Source: Balamuthia mandrillaris (Eukaryota). Taken from it: DNA of 64,000 bases. The stretch lies in the NCBI GenBank assembly GCA_031835245.2, contig JAVKOQ020000027.1, positions 248,001 to 312,000 of the forward strand. Direction: 5' to 3'. Positions 59,021-64,000 of the stretch are shown here, in pieces. Each line of letters opens with the position of its first letter. Position 1 is the stretch's first letter. Below the pieces are notes generated by a model. It worked only from the letters and a program-made list of their open reading frames with translations. It was not told the DNA's origin and searched no databases. The translations under genes were made by a program, and so were the position numbers.

Positions 59021-59432
59021 ATGAAGACTGCCGTCGTGATTGCCCTCGTGGCTGTGATGCTCTTCCTCGTTGGGGCTGCCCTGGCGGGGAGTGGAGGCGG
59101 GGGGGACGTCTGCGCGCTGAGCTGCAGGCGCGACTCGGACTGCGTGCCTGCTCCAGTGTGCCACCCGAGGGAGTGCCTCAACAGACGCCTTGTTAGGGTA
59201 CGTTTATTCTGTTGTTTATTTTTCTTTTACTTTTTTTTCTGTTTTTTATTTAAAATTTGTTAATTTTTTTCGCTTTTGATTAACATTTTCTTAAATAAAA
59301 ATAAAAAAATAGGGATGCGACCGTCCCGAAGCCTGCACCCTCATCTTCGATCCTCAGGCCGCCTACGAAAATGACGACTGTGCCTGCCAGATGGGCACCT
59401 GCGTGAACCTCAACCTCGGCAACGTTGAATAA
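59021..59432 (+). CDS. Small secreted 10-cysteine protein, 2 exons (intron 59198-59312)
   Basis: MKTAVVIALVAVMLFLVGAALA signal, then DVCALSCRRDSDCVPAPVCHPRECLNRRLVRGCDRPEACTLIFDPQAAYENDDCACQMGTCVNLNLGNVE. Confidence 0.82.
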
Positions 59433-59917
59433 AAAATTCTCAATATAGGTAGGGCTGGCCAGGGAGACGAGAGAGAGTGCAGAGCGTTCTCTCCATGTCT
59501 CCCTTGCCTTCGCTTCTTCTCTCTCTTGGGTTTCCACTATCGGGTTGTGTCTTTTTCGTTTGTTATTACTTTCCACACACAAGCAATAGAATAAAGGGAA
59601 AACCGAGAGAAACTTTGCACAAAACAAATGGATACTTTGAGGAAACTCTTTATTTATTTTTTTCAGTTCGTTTCATTCCAGACTCTTATGTTTCTTCTCT
59701 CGTTGTCTTGCTTTCTTCTTTTCTTTCTTCTTTTCCTCCCTTCGTTTAAACGCAACAACATAGCATCCGCCAGTTTGTGGCTACCAGCCAGCGCAAGAAG
59801 AGCCACAAGACTACTCGCTGCCGCTTCCGCTCTCTTCTTCGAACTTCTTCGACTCCCGCAGCAGCGCGCTTCGCTCCATCTGAACCACCAAAGGAAGAAC
59901 CCACAACAAGGCCTCCC

Positions 59918-61366
59918 ATGGCGTGGACCGCTCACAAGACCGAAGAAGAAATGGTGGAACACTTTGACCCCCCCGAAGTGGTCCAGCAAACGGCCAACGG
60001 CTTGGCCACCTGGATGAGTCGCGCTCGCCACATGATCGTCTTCACGGGGGCCGGCATCAGCACCTCGGCGGGGATCCCCGACTTTAGGGGCCCGGAGGGC
60101 GTTTGGACTCTGAGAGCCAAGGGGGTCACCAGGACGAGACGGACCACCAGCTCCCTGAAAGCCATCCCTACCCCGACGCACATGGCCCTGGTGGAGCTGG
60201 AGAGGAGGGGAATACTAAAGTATGTGATCAGCCAGAACACGGACGGGTTGCACAGGAAGAGCGGCTTGCCTCCGGAGAAGGTTTCTTTTTTTTTTCTCAG
60301 TTTTTTCTCACTTTTTTCTTATATTTTTCTGCTTTTCTTTTGGGGTAGTTATCCGAACTTCATGGCAACACCAACCTGGAACGATGCAGCAGGTGTGGGG
60401 CCGAATACATGAGGGACTACCACGTTCGCAACGCCTACGACGTGCACGACCACCGGACCGGAAGAACGTGCGTCGCCTGCGGCGGGGAGCTAAGGGACAC
60501 CATCATCAACTTCCACGAGTCCCTCCCCTACGAGCCGTTGCGCAAGGCCCAGCAACACGCCGAAATGGCCGACCTGGTTCGCTCGCTCCCTCTCTCTCCC
60601 TCTGTTCCGTTCTGTTTCTCTTTGCTGAAAGAAAGCACCCCCAACAGTGTTTGGTGTTGGGAAGCAGCTGCACCGTGACACCGGCAGCCAACTTTCCCAG
60701 GAAAGTGGGGCGCAACCCCGACGCCCACCTCGTCATCTGCAACCTCCAACACACTCCCTTGGATCCGCTGGCCAGCCTCAGGGTGAACGCCCGCTGCGAC
60801 GACCTGATGAGAGCCGTCATGGCGGCGTTGGGTTACGAGATTCCGCCATTCATCCTCCGCAGGCGCTTGAGGGTGCGGGTACTGCGCGAGTCTGGTGAGG
60901 TGGAGGTGCAAGGGGTGGATGTGGATGGCAAGCCCGCTTCCTTTCTTAGCTCCGTGCAAGTCCTGCCTTATGGGTACCAGCTTCCTTCTTCATTCCTGCT
61001 TCTTTCTTCTATTTGTTCATTCCCAGTTCTCTTCATCTCACTTACGTGTCATCCTAACTTTCTCTTGCTCTTTGAAGAGCAAAGATACAGGAGCCGTTTA
61101 GAATCAGTCGCGAGTGGCAAAGGCAAATGAGGTCTCCACAGGACAAAGCCGCGAGAGGGGAGTTGCCGCTTCGTCTGCACTTCATGGGGCATTACAACGA
61201 ACCCCATCTCGACATCACCGTCCACCCCGAGAAGCCTGTCACCACTTACGATCTTGCTTATGATCCGATGACTGGTCAATGGGACGTTCGTTCTGGAGAA
61301 GAGGAAGAAGGCGCTGCTTCGTCGTCGTCTTCTTCTTCTTCCTTACGTTCTGGTGAAAATATGTAG
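59918..61366 (+). CDS. SIRT6: Class IV sirtuin (SIRT6/7-like NAD-dependent deacylase); start may lie further upstream
   Basis: FTGAGISTSAGIPDFRGPEGVWT, PTPTHMAL, SQNTDGLHRKSG, ELHGN, two CxxC, LRDTIINF, VICNLQHTPLD. Confidence 0.9.
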
Positions 61367-61491
61367 ATAAACAAAAGAAAAAACACACAAAGAAAATGTC
61401 TTCTTTACAGCATTTAAAAAACAAACCAAAAAGTGGAGGAAAATGCAGTTACCTCTGTTTGTGCTTCTTTGAAGCAAAAACTACAACGGTT

Positions 61492-62870
61492 TTAGCTTTG
61501 CTTCTTTGCTCTCGAAGAGACGGTCAAAAAGGAGATGCCCAAATGAGCAGTCATCTCGCTGACCACATTTGCGGCCAGATAGAGATAACAGAGAAGGGAG
61601 AACCCAAAGCAAGAGGCCACTGCTGCCAATTCCAGTTGTGCCGTCCTCTCAGAGGAAAGCAAGAGGGGAGCGAGGAAAGAGAACGTAAGGGAGCAGAGAA
61701 TAGGGAGGATGAGAACGGGTTGGAAGGGAGAGTAGGGAAGAGCACACACTCGGGCCAATACCATGCGACTCTGTTATAATTAACATTTTAGTATGGAAGA
61801 AAGAAACGATAAGAAAAAACAAGAAGCACCGAATAAATACGAACCACAATGTTTGCAGCGAAGCTACCGAGCATACCGATGAAGAGGTGAGGATAGGTCA
61901 TCAGCACGTTTGTTGGAGAGAATTTGGCCCACAACACGGCGCTTCCAATCAACGAAAACAGGGGCAACATTCTGTGAAATGCTTTCTCAATGCTTTCTTT
62001 GCTATTGCCCGCTCTAAAGTACTTCATTGTGTTACGAAGACTGGCAAAAAAGAGGACTTAGTTACCAGAGTACTTGAATGAAAAGAGAGGAGATGGAAAG
62101 TGAAGTGAAAATATGAGAGAAAAACATAGAGAGAGGCATACTTATCGCTCATTGCAAAAAGAAAGGCACAAGCGTTTAGCACTGCCAACCAATAGTTATG
62201 AGGAAGTGTTAACCCAAATAATGTCGTCTGTTGGAACCAAAACTCTGGTCCTGTAAGTCAGAGCGCAAAGAAGCGAATAAGCAACGGAAATGCAAACAGC
62301 AAGAAACATGTTGTGCGGGAACATACCAAGAATAGCAGTTGCAACAAAAATGCCCATAGTGAGGAGTTGAGCCTCAGTAACTCCGATGTAACCCAAGTTC
62401 AAGGTACCGGTATGGTACTGCTCCCACTGAGCCATGAAAAAGGCGGACGTGGCCAAACTCATCAAAGCAAAAGGCAGCCAACCCCCGCCTATTCCGCATA
62501 CGCTCATCGTGGTCAAAGCAAGCATCTCGTGTTCATGTGGTGATGTATCGAGATGAACAAAAAGAAACGCAACGGACGTTTAAACGAACAAAACAAACAT
62601 ACAACGAACAAACAAATGAAAGCATACCCAAGTGGTAACGGCATCACAGCCGTGGTCCGTCAGTTCTCCCAACGGAGAGGAGGTGTTGGTCCTCCTGGCC
62701 TGCTTGCCGTCCACCGCGTCCATCGTTTGATAGACGAACAGACAAACGGCGTTGAACAGGAGGAGCCACGCCGGGAAGGACTTGATTTGAGTAGCAAAAA
62801 ACGCCGTCAACAGATAGGCAGCGATGATGAAAGCAAATCCGATCAGCGTCACCAGATTGGGTCTGTCGTA

Positions 62871-62923
<53 letters not shown>

Positions 62924-62936
62924 GGAGGGAGGGAGG

Positions 62937-62970
<34 letters not shown>

Positions 62971-63172
62971 AGATGAGAAAAGTGAAAGTTAAACAAAAAA
63001 AAAGCGTAGGGAGAGAGAGAAAAAATAAGTACGCGAGAGACAGAGGCAAGTATTCCACTACGCGACGCCAGAACGGCTGCATGACATAGTTGGCGATGAG
63101 GGAGCGGTCGGTGCCGCTGTAGCGATAGTCACGGAGGGCCTCCAGGCCTTCCTGCTTGATGTAGCGGCCCAT
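61492..63172 (-). CDS. CEPT1: Choline/ethanolamine phosphotransferase (CDP-alcohol phosphatidyltransferase)
   Basis: YRYSGTDRS...[41 protein letters not shown] (family signature), WEQYHTGTL. Confidence 0.92.
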
Positions 63173-63411
63173 TTGCTTCAGCTCCTGTTTGTCTTTTTGT
63201 TTTTTTTTTTGTTTGAAACAAACAATAATTTTTCTGTTTTTGGTTTTTTATGCTTGTTTTTGGAATCTTTTTAAGGTGTTCTTCAGGAAATGCACCCTAA
63301 ATTTCCTGAAGAGATTGCTGATCTGATCAGATAGGAATTTAAAATCAAAGTACCAATCGGAAATCGAAAATAAACGAAAATTCGTTATGTTTTTGATCAG
63401 ATCCATCACCC

Positions 63412-64000
63412 TTAGGGTGCAGAAGATCGAACAACGGCAAAGCAAGGGCTGTCCAGGTTGCCGAGGTACAATGCTGGTCCTAGCTCGCTCACGGAGCTGA
63501 CGCCTGGAAAGTGCTGAGCCTGGAGGCTTTGCAGGACCTTGCCCTCTCGGCTCAGCTTGACCACATGACCTGTTGGCCGTGGCTTTGGTTTTATTGCTTC
63601 TGGCAACATACTCACCAGCCTATAATAAAAGGAAGAGCTATAAGGAACGGGGAGAACGAGAAGAGCAGAACAATGACAAGCAGGAAGGTACTTTTTGAGG
63701 CTAGGATAAGGGTGCACCAGGTCCAACAAGGACATTCGAGGAGCAAGAATGGCCAACCAGAAGGACGAACCATCGTTGCTTGCAGAGATGCCATCCGGGA
63801 ATCCAGGAAGATTGTCCACAAACACGTCTGAAGTTCCCGCTGTTAAAGACGAACAAAATGTTTAAAAAAAGCCCTCATTCTCAAGACAATACGGGTGACC
63901 GCTTTAAGAGAGTCAGAAGAGAAGAGGAGAAGACAAAAAAACATAACAACAGAGAAGCAAGTGCACACCTCTTTCTCCTTTTAGCCAGAGACGAAGCACT
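63412..64000 (-). CDS. Strictosidine synthase-like / APMAP family protein, 3' part (5' outside the window)
   Basis: WLKGEK..GTSDVFVDNLPGFPDGI...FWLAI...VVKLSREGKVLQSL...VSSVSE....LYLGNL. Confidence 0.85.

Noticed and set aside
61400..61560. Possible selenoprotein (SELENOI-type) ending of the phosphotransferase
   Set aside because: The ORF ends in TAA with no in-frame TGA near the C-terminus, and no SECIS was recognised.

Overview
Gene-dense, intron-rich eukaryotic nuclear DNA with short GT-AG introns full of (CT)n/(TTTC)n tracts and very short intergenic spacers. The myosin II, 5S rRNA and ankyrin sequences point to an amoebozoan, probably an Acanthamoeba/Balamuthia-like amoeba (inference, no database search). 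About 27 protein genes are recognisable: PRKRIP1, UIM-PTH2, an hSac2-domain protein, an F-box-ankyrin protein, eIF2B-alpha, two tandem IBB-less importin-alpha-like genes, BCKDHA, F-box/WD40, RWD/LRR, formin, FAM241-like, CRIB-LRR, SCaMC carrier, CLN5, myosin II, a GCC2/3-repeat membrane protein, a two-pore channel, a kinesin, NUP43, SIRT6-like, CEPT-like, APMAP-like and several small proteins. RNA genes are tRNA-Glu(CTC), tRNA-Arg(TCG) and an internally deleted 5S rRNA copy. The most notable observations: (1) a kinesin motor fused to both a U-box and an F-box; (2) two AT-AC (U12, minor spliceosome) introns; (3) a 5S rRNA lacking helix IV next to a 33-bp near-perfect hairpin; (4) a candidate intronic box C/D RNA in eIF2B-alpha; (5) a degenerate tRNA-like/SINE-like head upstream of an intronless giant-virus-type ankyrin gene; (6) a recurring TGTCGAC(A)/TGACGTCA promoter signature. 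Gene models were spliced by eye, so CDS spans include introns and some ends are approximate.
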